From contig MU058463.1 in the NCBI GenBank assembly GCA_013265495.1, forward strand, positions 3,579,037-3,643,036: DNA of 64,000 nt. The letters are read 5' to 3'. A program made the translations under genes and the position numbers. The notes beneath the pieces are model-generated. The model did no database searches. It had not been told where the DNA came from and was given only the letters and a program-made list of their open reading frames with translations. Of this stretch, positions 27,569 to 38,930 are shown one piece after another. How positions within the stretch are numbered: position 1 is the first letter of the stretch; every line of letters starts with the position of its first letter. Source of the DNA: Vicugna vicugna (taxonomy: Eukaryota).

Positions 27569-27718
27569 CTGTTCTCTCAGGTGTTAGTATTGCTTTATTT
27601 GAGGTTTTAGAGAAGCTGGGAGTATTAATGCCATTGCTATAAGGGCTGAGTCTTGCCACAGGACTATAAGGAAAAGCCAGGGAGACATTTGAAGGGAAGA
27701 GACTCCGCCATCGGCTCG
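27569..27718 (-). CDS. SLAIN1: Putative alternative (cassette) SLAIN1 exon, 150 nt: (A)SRWRSLFPSNVSLAFPYSPVARLSPYSNGINTPSFSKTSNKAILTPERT(G)
   Basis: Acceptor ttattttctgcttctgtgacag|CG and donor ACAG|gtaatt. Symmetric phase 1-1, no stop codons. Ser/Pro-rich with a PYSP..SPYS.G.N.PS pattern. Confidence 0.75.
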
Positions 27719-30700
27719 CTGTCACAGAAGCAGAAAATAAACAGCAGCAGTTAGCAACACAGAAGCAGACGGTAACTTGTCAGAGAAAGAGAAGATGTTA
27801 AAAAAAAAAGTGAAAAGCAACTTTTCATTCTTAACTGACTTCTACTTATCTAAAGGAAAAAATACGTAAATATGAGCCATTTGTGAACAAGGGGGCTATT
27901 TAAACCCCAACTAAGAACAATTAAATCAGTGTCACCTTGATTACAGTCAATGTCTATACAACAAGGAAAATTCATCTTTAATTTCTTCACTAGAAATGTT
28001 TTTCATCTTTCTATTTCTGCACAAAAATTTAACTGTTTTAAAATAAGATAAAATGTTAGTGTCAAAAGAAAAACTCAAACAAACTTTAGAATTGTGGGAA
28101 ACAGTTCTTATTACTAATTGTTCATCGTCCTATATTTTTCCCTAAAGTTTATTTTCCATCCTCCCCCCTCTCCACCACCTCCCTCGTTTTTTTTTTTTTT
28201 TGAGCAGGTATGATCTTTTACTCACCATTTCCTTCCCCACTCACAACGTTAGTAAACATTGATCAAAAAAATTTTTATGGAAACGTGTCCCGGGATTATG
28301 GAAGAAACTTAAAATTACTACATTTCTGAATGGGCTTGGGTCCAAAACAAGGTTTGTGGGAAAAATGATCTGCAGAACACAGAAGGGTGTACATAACCAA
28401 AGCATAGTGAAAGTTATTTTAGAAGGCAGGCATAAAGGTAACTGATAATCTGCTGGATTTTTTCTTTATTAAAAATATTTTCAGAACTTTCTGCACTGAA
28501 CATGTATTATTTATGTAACTTTTAAAGGGAGAATTACACATATTATTACTTTAATACGATAAAATAAGGAACAAAAAGGAATTTTATCTGCATGGGGAGA
28601 TGATCTAATTCTTACATTATCTCATCTGTCCTAATTAATACATCCCCCTCCTCCAAAATTACCAACTCCTTGGATCCTGGGATCATGAAAAGACTAAACT
28701 AAAAACCTGAGTAAGCCACATCAAAAATCACTTACTCTCTTCATGGAATATAAATTACTGTGCTAGTCAAAATCCGTTTCTCTAAAAAGCAATCACTCAG
28801 ACATGTACTAAGCAGGACAGGAGGAAACAGATAAAAATATATATAAATTAGGTTAAATTTCACTTTAAGTGATAAGTTGGTTATTTTGCTGAAAATTTGA
28901 CAAAACCTGAAGAAACAAGTATAAAAAGGACTGTTTTGAAATGCATCCCCCAGGTCACTTTTAATGAGCAATGCTAATGAGCTAACAGCTCAAAAGTGTT
29001 CAAAAATGGGCAGTAGGGTGGAGAGAAAGCGGGCTGAGGGCCGTCCGGAGAATAACAAGCTCCAATCTCGGGACTCGTGAGATCCTTGCAAAGTATCACC
29101 ACAGTTATTTACGACAGCAAAGTGCTTCCTTTACTTCAGCAAGAATCTTGAGAAATGGTACCATCCCATTCGAACAAGTACAGAAGAGATGCATTTTCCT
29201 TATGCAGATGAAATAGTCAAGGAAACTATGTTCACAAAGATTACACTTTCCAAACCCACAAGTTCCACAGAGGGGGACACTGCCAGGCAGCCTGGTCCCT
29301 AACGGACACCAGTGATCTGACCACAGACCCAGTTGTGCAGTGCTCTGTGGAGACACAGCGCTTCCGGTTGCTCAGGGCTGCGCCAGAGCAGAGACGGAGC
29401 TGCGGAGGTGCGGAGCTGGCACCCCCATCCCTACACTTCCAGACGTGCACACCTGATCCCAAATGCAATGAAAACTGGAGGGGGTTAATACGCAACACAC
29501 ACTAGGGAGCTCTTCTCACATCTTTAATCTCTAGTACTCAGTTTCTCATTAAAAATTCTGTATTACCCCCTAAAAAAGCAAATCAAGTGTTCTTTGTGAC
29601 TGCTAACTTGCTTAACAGATGATGTTGTTTTATACCAGTCTGATCACTCGCCAAGCTAATGACAGTGACCGCGTGTTCTCATCCACAGATGCAGGCGACA
29701 GCACGTCACAGCTGAACAGCATTCATGCCTCTGCACAATAACCACTGTGGGCCAGCCTCGCAGCACAATGGCACAGTGACTGCAGCTATGACAGCCAGAT
29801 CCCAACTAAGAACACAATTGGCATCTATTGCAAGAAAGAATGCTCTCCGCTGTCCTCCGGCGAGGAGGCTCTGAAGAGGAGGGAGGAGGACTGCTGCGGG
29901 GGCAGGCTAACCGAACAGTGATGCTGTGCTGTGTGTCAGTGTCCGAGCCGGTAGGGGGAGGAGAAGAGGGCAGAGCAGTGGAAGCCTTCCCATCCTGGTT
30001 ACTCTTCACTCTGTAGCCGAAGAATTGTAAGAACTGTAACAGGAGGCGTTTTCATAGAGGATAAAAACAAACAAAAAGAACTTTTCATAGGGTAACTTTG
30101 TTTTTTCCAAATTGGATTGTTGATTCCAATCCAATCAATTAACTGATTGGATTTCTGCATATAAGGATGTCAAATTGTTTGAGAGGCTTGATGATGATGG
30201 AAATGACCCTAAGAAAGGAGTAAGACAATTTTTGCTAAAGGGGAAGATGGGTGATGAACTTCTGAACCACAGTCAAGTTTTCCGACCCACCTACTCCAAA
30301 GTTCTATCTGTAAGTAAACGGCTCCTCCAACCTGGAGGTGGCACAGATTCTGTATTTCTTTCACTTAATTCCAACCCCCAAAATAGCAAAGAGTTGGGTC
30401 AAAAATATAATGATGCACTGATCAAACACATCACAGTTGGCAAGGCTTTCATTCCAAAATACCCAAGTTAAACTCTCTCCCAGAACACTTCTGTCTGAAC
30501 GCTCTCTGTGGTCCTGCTGCAACTCCCTTAATCCAGACACTCGCCACCTCTCACTCAATGGCTGCAATCCACTGCTCAGCAAACTTCTGGGCACCCACGC
30601 CGCCCTCGCCAAGCCCGCTCTGAGCATCTCTCCCAAGGTTGTGTCAGTCGCTGATGATTTAACTGTGATGCTCTCTTCCATTAGTGTAATGCAGTCGCTT

Positions 30701-30902
30701 TTCATCAAAGATAAGATGTAAAAGGTACTCTGGTCCCCTCACTCGCACCCGTAGCCGCTGCCCTGTACCTCACGGCCACATCGAGTGTTTCTGCCTCTTC
30801 CTGTGAAGAATGCAGTTAGTACTGCTTTAACTTTCTACTTTGCCTCCTTTTGTCTAATAAGCATTTTCTACTGAAATAAATGTAACAAAGTACTAATTGG
30901 AG

Positions 30903-31003
30903 GTGGGGGAGGGGACAGCTCAAGTGGTAAAGCATGTGAAATAAACCTACCTAACCTACCCCCCCCACAAAAAATATATATATAAAAAAATTAAATCTAT
31001 TTA
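30903..31003 (+). mobile_element. Short tRNA-derived SINE (Vic-1-like, internally deleted)
   Basis: Starts gggggaggggacagctcaagtggtaaagcatg (A box), followed by aataaaccta..cctacccccccc and an A-rich tail. Degenerate flanking repeat actaattggag / actaattcgag. Confidence 0.65.
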
Positions 31004-31484
31004 AAAGAAACTAATTCGAGTGCCTAATGTACAAGTTATTTTCGTGCATCTTCAAAGTTGCCTACCTTAAAAAATAAATTACACTGTATCTGTGAAGCTA
31101 TTTTTGTACATTATTAAGCAAAATATGACCACTCCTCAAAACAAATTAATTTGACAAATGCTCCAGTGATGATAATATCAAGAAAAATCACAAAGGACAG
31201 ATACGCTGTGTTGCAGTTAAAGTGAAGGGCTGTGCCAAGGGCGTTAGTTGGCAGTAAACCACGCAAGAAAGCTATAAAGCTCCCTCAAATTCTTGAGGTG
31301 CTACTATTTCTTAGAATCGAAGGAACGGTATACAACACAGCTGGAAGTGTGTTTAGTGGCGTTTCCACACCCCCTACTGTCGCGTGTGGCATGTGAGCTG
31401 GTTAGAGCTGGGTGAGGAAGTCCCGGGGGGCAGTGCTTATTCTTTCTAGTGGCTTCCAACAGCACAGCCACACTTCTGATCAGG

Positions 31485-31807
31485 TGCTACCTCTGGACTT
31501 CTGTCTCCTCCTAATAGTCGTATGTTGCAATGCTAACCCCAAAGGTGATGGTATTAGTAGGTGGGCCCTTTGGGAGATGCTTAAGTCATGATGATGGAAC
31601 CCTCATGAATGGCATTCATGCTCTATAAAGAGGCTCCAGAGAGACCTGCTGTGTGAAGGCACAAGGAGAAACCTGCAGCCCAGGAGAGGGCCCTCCTCGG
31701 GGCACAGCTGCACACATGCAGCGTCGGAACTGCGAGCAATGATGTTTCACCTCTCCAGCCACCCAGTTTGCGGTGTTTCGTTACAGCAGTCTAAGCCGAC
31801 TGAGGCA
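31485..31807 (+). mobile_element. MLT1A-like MaLR solo LTR
   Basis: TG...CA ends. Contains ctaacccc..gtgatggtattag.aggtggg.cctttgggag...ccctcatgaatgg...ccacccagtttgcggtgtttcgttacagcag. Confidence 0.75.
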
Positions 31808-33585
31808 CAGGGGAAGTTATTCTAGAAAACAAGCCCGCCTCTCCATCTTCTTTTCCATCCGAGAGTAAGACGCTGAAAGACAAACTGCAGTTTGCAGAGA
31901 TGGTGGCCCACCCTGACCTGCTGCGTCCTGTTACCGGTCTCTCCCACAAAGCAGGGATCTTGGACCATCACTCCAGATGGCTGGAACGATCCCTGCCATG
32001 TGAAGAAATCAGCCTGAAGCAGCCCTAGAAATGTCTTCTTTCCTCAGTTTTTAGTAAGTCGAATGAAAACTCATTAACAGCAAATTTGAGATCTGTTTTA
32101 CTAAAATTCTCAGAACTACTTTCTAAATAAGTCAGTTCTGTATCTCCTTGCTCATGGCTCTTCTCAGTTACCCAGACTGATACTCTCCACCATCCTTCCC
32201 TAAACCAGGATCTGCTTTGGGGAACTGGCCAGCTCTCCGGGTACCCCTGAATTACGACACCCAACATTTACAGACCACATCCACAGTCATTCCTTCATTC
32301 AACATTTACCAGACACCAAAAATACAAAGGTCAGTCTCCAGTGGCTATCCAGATCTCTTTCACAGGGACGCACAGCACACAGCTCTTTCCCTGCTCCACA
32401 GCCATTCTGGAGGATCTGCCCAGCCCCTGGGCTTTAAGAGTCCCCTTCCTATTTATTTGAGTAGGCAGCCACCACGGTGGCTGTCAAGCACCAGGTGCTA
32501 CAGATACGGAGATGAGTAAAACATGGCATCAGTAGAGGAGGCTGAGAAAGGTCATTCAGAGAGAGGCTCAAGGACTGGTGGGGCTCAGAAATAAAGAAAA
32601 TGAGGAGTTTTGACATGGAAACAATAGTTAACAGTGGGAATTACTACAGAGATGAAGACCAATAAAAAGGCACCGGCCAGGACAACTGGGTTATTAATCA
32701 GAGCAGATTCAACAGAAGACTTAAAGCAGAAACCAGTGTTAACAGGTCAAGCAGATATGAGATGAGGAAGAAGACATCATTCTTCAGAGAGATTTGACTA
32801 TAAAAATAGGAAGAAACAGGTTGCAGCTTGAGGAGTGTGAAACTCCAGGGAGGAAAAGTTTTCAGGATAAAGATGACCTGTAATATTTATAGACTGAGGA
32901 GAATGGAACCAATGGAGAAAATAAGAGTCTACAGAAAAAGGGGAAACACTGGAGTAAGAGCCTTGAGATCAGAAGACACGGGACCCAGCAGGGAGGTAGA
33001 AGGAGGAGGTGAGGGAGAGGGGACAGTCCTGGAAAAGGAGCATTGTTTCTTCCTCTGAAACAGGCAGGCAAATATAGAATACAGAGAACACAGGAGAGGA
33101 AGGTGGGTTTTGTGGGCTCTTTGTAAGTTAGAAGGCAGTGAACACGCTGAGAAGGCAGAGGCTGGAATAAAGAACCGGTGAAGTGGGAACGGCCAGGCCA
33201 CCACTGGGACAAGTACAAGCCACTGCCTGGGCGAGTCGAGAGAGCATCTCTCTGCACCAACCCTACTCTCAACAGGTAAGCCTAAACAAAACACCCGAAG
33301 GCCTTGACAAGGGTCTGTTTTACGATTCTTTAAAGGGCATTTATGTCCTATTAAGTTTAGATGGTTGAAGCACGGCGGTCACACTGCTCACGGAAATGTC
33401 AAAGTGACCAACTTTGTTATAAATTAGTAAAAGGAAAAAAGCCCTAGTGACTGAAGGCTATTTGCCACCAGGGGACTTCAGCAATCAGGGTAAGATCCTG
33501 GTAAGAAGAGTCAGATGCGGGTCTAGAAGGGTTCACTGGATGGCTTCCATGCCAGCGAAAGTCAGATCACGGCAACAGGCCGACA

Positions 33586-33880
33586 CAGGGGCTGGCAGGC
33601 GGTTCCAGCCAGCCTGAGCTGGAACACACTGAGCATCACTGTCCACGTGGCCTCTGTGCAGCTGCTCAGCTCCACCTTCGTAGCGTTAGAGCAGCCAGAC
33701 ACCGGGCACGTGGGTGACGCGGCTGTGCTCCAACGGAACTTCATTATACACACCCAGAGCTGAGCTTCACGGAAATTATGGGTCATGAGCTCTTAATTTT
33801 TTTCAACCATTTAGAAATGTGGAAGGGGCCATACATGAACAGGCAGAGGGCCGGATATGGCCACGATCTGCCAACTCCTG
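33586..33880 (+). mobile_element. MER58B-like hAT-Charlie element (GC-shifted copy)
   Basis: Terminal inverted repeats CAGGGGCTGGCA / TGCCAACTCCTG. Internal ggctgtgctccaa..aactt and ttttcaaccatttagaaatgt. Strand is given relative to the copy at 49944. Confidence 0.7.
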
Positions 33881-36800
33881 GAAGACTGTTCCCACCAGAT
33901 TTGTAACATTCCCTCTGACAACCACCCAGGATCAGTTCTACCGCAAGGGTATGCCCGGTGTTGAGATACAGCAGTGACGGCTGACAGCACACCTCGTGCC
34001 TATAGTGTTTTGTAACATGTTGTAATAAAGAGCAAAAAATGACTAAAAAGACATTGGACAACGGAGTTTCAGGCTCCCCAACTCCCTAACAGACTAGTTC
34101 TCGGATCTGGAGTGAAACTGATACAACATCCTAGTGTTCTCATCTGAAAAGTTGGTGTGTTTGTCGGAAGGTAGCAAGCAGGGCTGTGGCGAGTACAAGA
34201 CCGAAGTCTGCAGCACACACTCACAAACCATAAAGCATGCTTTAAAGAAAACTACTGAAAAGTTACACCAAGTTGTGGCAAAAAGATTTTCTCAGTCCTG
34301 AGGGAAAGCGCCCTAGAAGCAAGGTGGCAGAAAGGAGAGTGCAGGAGTGACCCTTCACTCCACCTTTCCTATTACCTGGGCAGTTCAACCTGCCTTCTCA
34401 AAACGATGGGCAGGCTTCCCACGCTGTCTCTCATCTAGACAAGCTCATAGGCTCGGTCCTTCCTCAGCCGCTACCAACCCAGAGGCCAAGTGCTGAACGT
34501 TGGACTTGCAACAATTTGACCAGGACAGGCCGACAGTCCTCACTCATCTATCCAAAGACTATCTCAAAGGAAACAAACGTCCCAAAATGACACATTTTAA
34601 AGAAATATGGTTTCTTCAAAACCACAGGCTCCTAAGTCACATCTCTGACTCTGAAATAATGCTGTTCTTTACCACAGAGTCCTGGCAAGTAAAGGAAGAG
34701 GAAGCAAGGAGAGATCAACAAACTTTCAACACTTCTGCTTTATTCTTTCTTTTAATACAATAGGTAGGCAGGCCTGAGCTCCAAGCCAGATAATTAAGGG
34801 AATTCAGCTACATAGCCTGTTACTGACACCAGTTACAGTGGTCGAGGGTCAGCAAAGGATGGAAGGCATCAGCTGTTTTAACACTTCCTGTTCCCCCTTA
34901 TATTGGCAGGAAGTTGTACCCAGACCGCGGCATTCTGACCTAAGCCCACAAACCAGCAGGGCAGGAAGACCTTCATTTTCACCAACCGTCCTCCTCCAGA
35001 ATAAACTTCCTAGGTGTTCTTACATCTTTTCGTACCTGCAACCTACAGAAATGGTTCAACTGAGCTTAAACAAAAGAATTAAGAGACTTAGGCAAAGGGT
35101 GCATTTTGCTGGTTCACTCTTAAAAACTCTGACTGCACAAGCCGAGACAGAGGTTTTCTGGAGTAAGTTCACAGGAACTATGCACTGCTGACTTGGCTCC
35201 ACCCTGTGTAAGCCCCCTGGAGTAGGAACTTATGGCTTGCAGCTTATCTGATCCACCATTTTCACTGGTAAACTTGTGTAGCTTTCATTTCTCTACAGCT
35301 CTCTGTGACCTGATAAACAAGCATATGGCACCTCAGAGGTCCTACCACTGCTCTGAAACAGGTGTTCATGGTGCTCTGTCCTGGACACACACGAAGTGAA
35401 GAGGATTCAACTACTGTGCGCTAGCCAGGGATTCATATAAGGAGAACGGGTAAAGAACTAGTAAATGACGTCCTTAACTGGTATGCTTAGGGCCGATTTA
35501 GTCACAGTAAGTTTATCACAGCCCCCAAGTCTCTCAATCTTCAAATTCTAGCTAGAAAAAACTACTACGTAATTTGAATCTTTTCCACAGGTTCAGGTCC
35601 TACAACCTATGATGAGAGATGTAATGATTTTAAGTTACGATATATGTATTTCATATACATATTATATACCTATGATCCCAGAACACTGAAGATTCTCAAT
35701 TTTTAAACTTCCAAGTATATTCAAAATGCAGCCATTTATAAAAACATGACTTACATATCACCCTTAAGAAACATCTAATAAAAAGAGTTCATTTACCCAT
35801 ATAAATAATACCTACAGCTAATCAAGAAAGTCATTTTCAGCATTAGGATTAAGTTTTAAAAGATTAGGTTTGAACGGAACTAAAAGATCGTGTATACCTC
35901 CAAAGTCTGGCAGATAAATGTTTAGTGCTTGCTGAATGAGAGTTACAAGACTTCACCGTGAAGGAGTATTACTTAATAACATTTGTTCCGCAGGGATCAG
36001 AGTTTTATAATTATCCTTCATCTGAATTTCACAGTTAAACTATCTCATCGTCATGATTAAGGCATTAGACCTCCCCTACTGCTCAGAGCTTCATCAAACC
36101 CAAGACCACAAGCCGAATGCTCCTCTCCCCCGGCCACTGCTGGACCCCTCCCGGGTCTTCTGTAACCAGGACAACGGTCTAAAAGTAAAGCTCGAAGATG
36201 AGGGTTGGAAAGGGAAATTCTGCGGACTATCAACTTGTCTTAATCACTGGTCAAAACTGAAGATGACCTGTCAGCGTTAGGCGCACATGGACCATGTCCA
36301 GGGTTCTCCCGGACTGCAGGGTCACTGCAACTTCCCAAGTCATCATCGTCATCAGGCTTCCCATCTGCAATTAATAGGGGAGATTAAAAACAAATCTAAC
36401 TTCAGTAATAATTACACTTCAAAGACATGCTTGAATATTCCCTTGCATACAAGTTACTTTCTCCTTAGGCCTGGCTGCCATACTTTACACAAATTTAAGG
36501 ACAGGGAAGATGGCCACAGAATGCGCAAAGAGGGCCTATGTGAAAGTAATAGTGTAACCTGTGAAGAGCCAGGGAAAGCAGCAACCGAAGAATCCGTTAA
36601 CGATGCAACGTGGTCACGCAGACAAGACAGCTGCTCTCAGCTCAGACCAGAGCCACAGCGCGAGCCGGGACAGCCCGTAAGAACAACTTCCAAGTTCTAT
36701 GCTGCAGTAATGAGGCAGGTTAAGAAAGAGTCTACAGAGTCTCATTCTGTGAAGAAACAGGCTAGATGATCTCATGTCTGAGTACAGTGGGTTCCCCCCA

Positions 36801-37559
36801 CCACCACCAAAACTAAGGACAGACTAGACCAGTAAGTCTTCTTGCCCATGACAGGGGACAGCGTGGTATGAATCCAAACCCAGCTGGCTAACAGAAACAC
36901 CGTAAGTTCCTGACTAGAAGAGTGACAGAAATGGAATTTGGACAATCCTTTGTGTCTAGCATCTCCTGGGCTAGGTAGGGTACTCTTCTGCAGCAAGGGA
37001 CACAATTGTGTGGCCTATATGCCAGGGGCACAAAAGGCCTCTCATCTACTAATCTTGAGAGCGGCAGAAAGTAAACATATAGAGGAGTTTTGACAAGGCA
37101 AAAACTTTTTTTGGCCCTAAAACCAACCACCTGCATGATTTTATTAAAATACCTGCACACAGAAGAACGCTGAAATGTGCATAAAGGTCTAAAACAGCCA
37201 GAGGACTTCCTGGGAGTTGACTGGGAATTGGGGGACAATTATGTAATTACTATGCAAGTGTTAACTTTAAGTAGACAAAGTAGCACACCCTGTTGCTCTG
37301 AGCCCACAGCGAGAAGGTGAGACGTTTAGCACACGCTCACCCTTTCTTACCGTCCACGTCCATCTCCAGGTCTGACGGTTCTACTTCAACAATGTCAAGG
37401 TTTGCTGTACTGTGCTTAGGACAGCTTCCAGGTAATCACTGGATGTTAAGTCACATACACATGGCATTTCAGTGTTTGGGTGTAGTAAGTATCATTATAC
37501 CTGGAGCACTGGATATTGTGAAAGGACCGAGGGCAAAAGAAAGTAATTGTTTGGCACTA

Positions 37560-38930
37560 GACCCCAGTAACTAGGCAAAGAACATCACAAGCCTTCAGAG
37601 TCAACTCACTTTATTTCATCTTTCGTGACTTCTGCTCGGTCATCTCGTGGCCAGTGTTTTCTAGATCTCATGGACCTTTTTCCTGGTACTTTTCCCACCA
37701 TTAAAATAAGGTGCATAAAGTAAAATTTTCTAAATCTTTGCAGATCCAAAAACCTCTTCTATTTGTCTCCATAATTTAGTATTTGCCTGGGTACAAAAAT
37801 TATAATTTGGAAAAAACTTCCCCTCAGTATTTTAAAGACAGCATTTTCCATTGGCATCCAATTTACTTATGACATGTCTGAGGTCTGTTACTGTTGTAGA
37901 TAACCTATTTCTCCCCTTGAACAAGTTTTAGGATTTTCTCCTTAACCCTGAAAAATCTGAAATCCAACCAGAATGTCCAGGTGTGGGTCTTTTTTCATCT
38001 CTCCTAGATCATGCTGAGGACATCTTTTCTCAGCTCAAAGAGATGTTCTTCTGTTCCTTACTGATTCTTCCTTTAAACTATCTACTTCTCCTCCTAAAAC
38101 TGCTCAAGATTAGAGGTTTGGGATCTGCCCTCCAAGTCCCCTTACTTCTCTCATATTTTCTCTGTTTGTGGGAGATTCCTCTAATTCAGATAAGCAGCTT
38201 GGTTCTTAGTCCTCTCCACTCTGACTTCAGTACTTCCAAGAAATTAAAAATGACTGAAAGTAATAATAATGTGACCACTGCTCTTCCCAGCCATCTGTTC
38301 TTGTTTTAAAGGTGGGTTACTCTCCTAAATCTGAGCACACTGAGTTCCCTATTCCCCTGGTTACTTCTTACAGAGGTGACCTGTTTGTTTTGTTCATGTT
38401 GTTAGTTTTCCCCAAAAAACAAGGGAGACTTGGTTGCTGGCTCGTATTTATAAATAAAGACTAAGTTAACCTGAATAGGTCACTAGTATGAGTTTCTTCT
38501 GCACCAGTATAAGTGTTACCCCAACAGGCCTCTAAGGAAACTGACAACGGGCACCACACGGATAGCTGGATTATTCCGTAAGCGAGCTTCCCAAAGGTGC
38601 TGGGCATGCAGCAGCAGGGTGGCAGAGGATCCCAACAGCCCAAAGGAAGGACGTCTTTATCCTAGGGGTGGAAGGTAGAACGCTTTGGGAGTTCATCCAA
38701 TAGCCCCCCACCCCCTGCTCAGTCTAATATGGACACTTGAAGTTATCTCAGTGCTTCTCAACCAGGGACTGGGGGTAGGAACCCCACACTTAGATCACTC
38801 TACCTTCTGTAAAAGCAGGTGTCTGGTTTACCCTGAAGATCAGCCATCCCCACCACTTGCAGTCATCATCTTCTGCACCTGCTATTAACTCCTACAGCTA
38901 GAATATCCTTTTCCTGATCCAACTTTCACG
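37560..38930 (-). mobile_element. Ancient L1 ORF1 / HAL1-like remnant
   Basis: Contains ttgcctgggtacaaaattataa...ttccctcagtattttaaagac...ttaggattttctcctt...ccaggtgtgggtctttttt, the reverse of ORF1-type sequence. Confidence 0.45.

Noticed and set aside
30361..30721. Overlapping 115-aa (minus) and 94-aa (plus) ORFs in intron 2
   Set aside because: No recognisable homology and no convincing splice-site pair in phase with SLAIN1. A non-coding role cannot be excluded.
36287..36769. 160-aa plus-strand ORF in intron 2
   Set aside because: No domain or family resemblance. One ORF of this length is plausible by chance in 64 kb over six frames.
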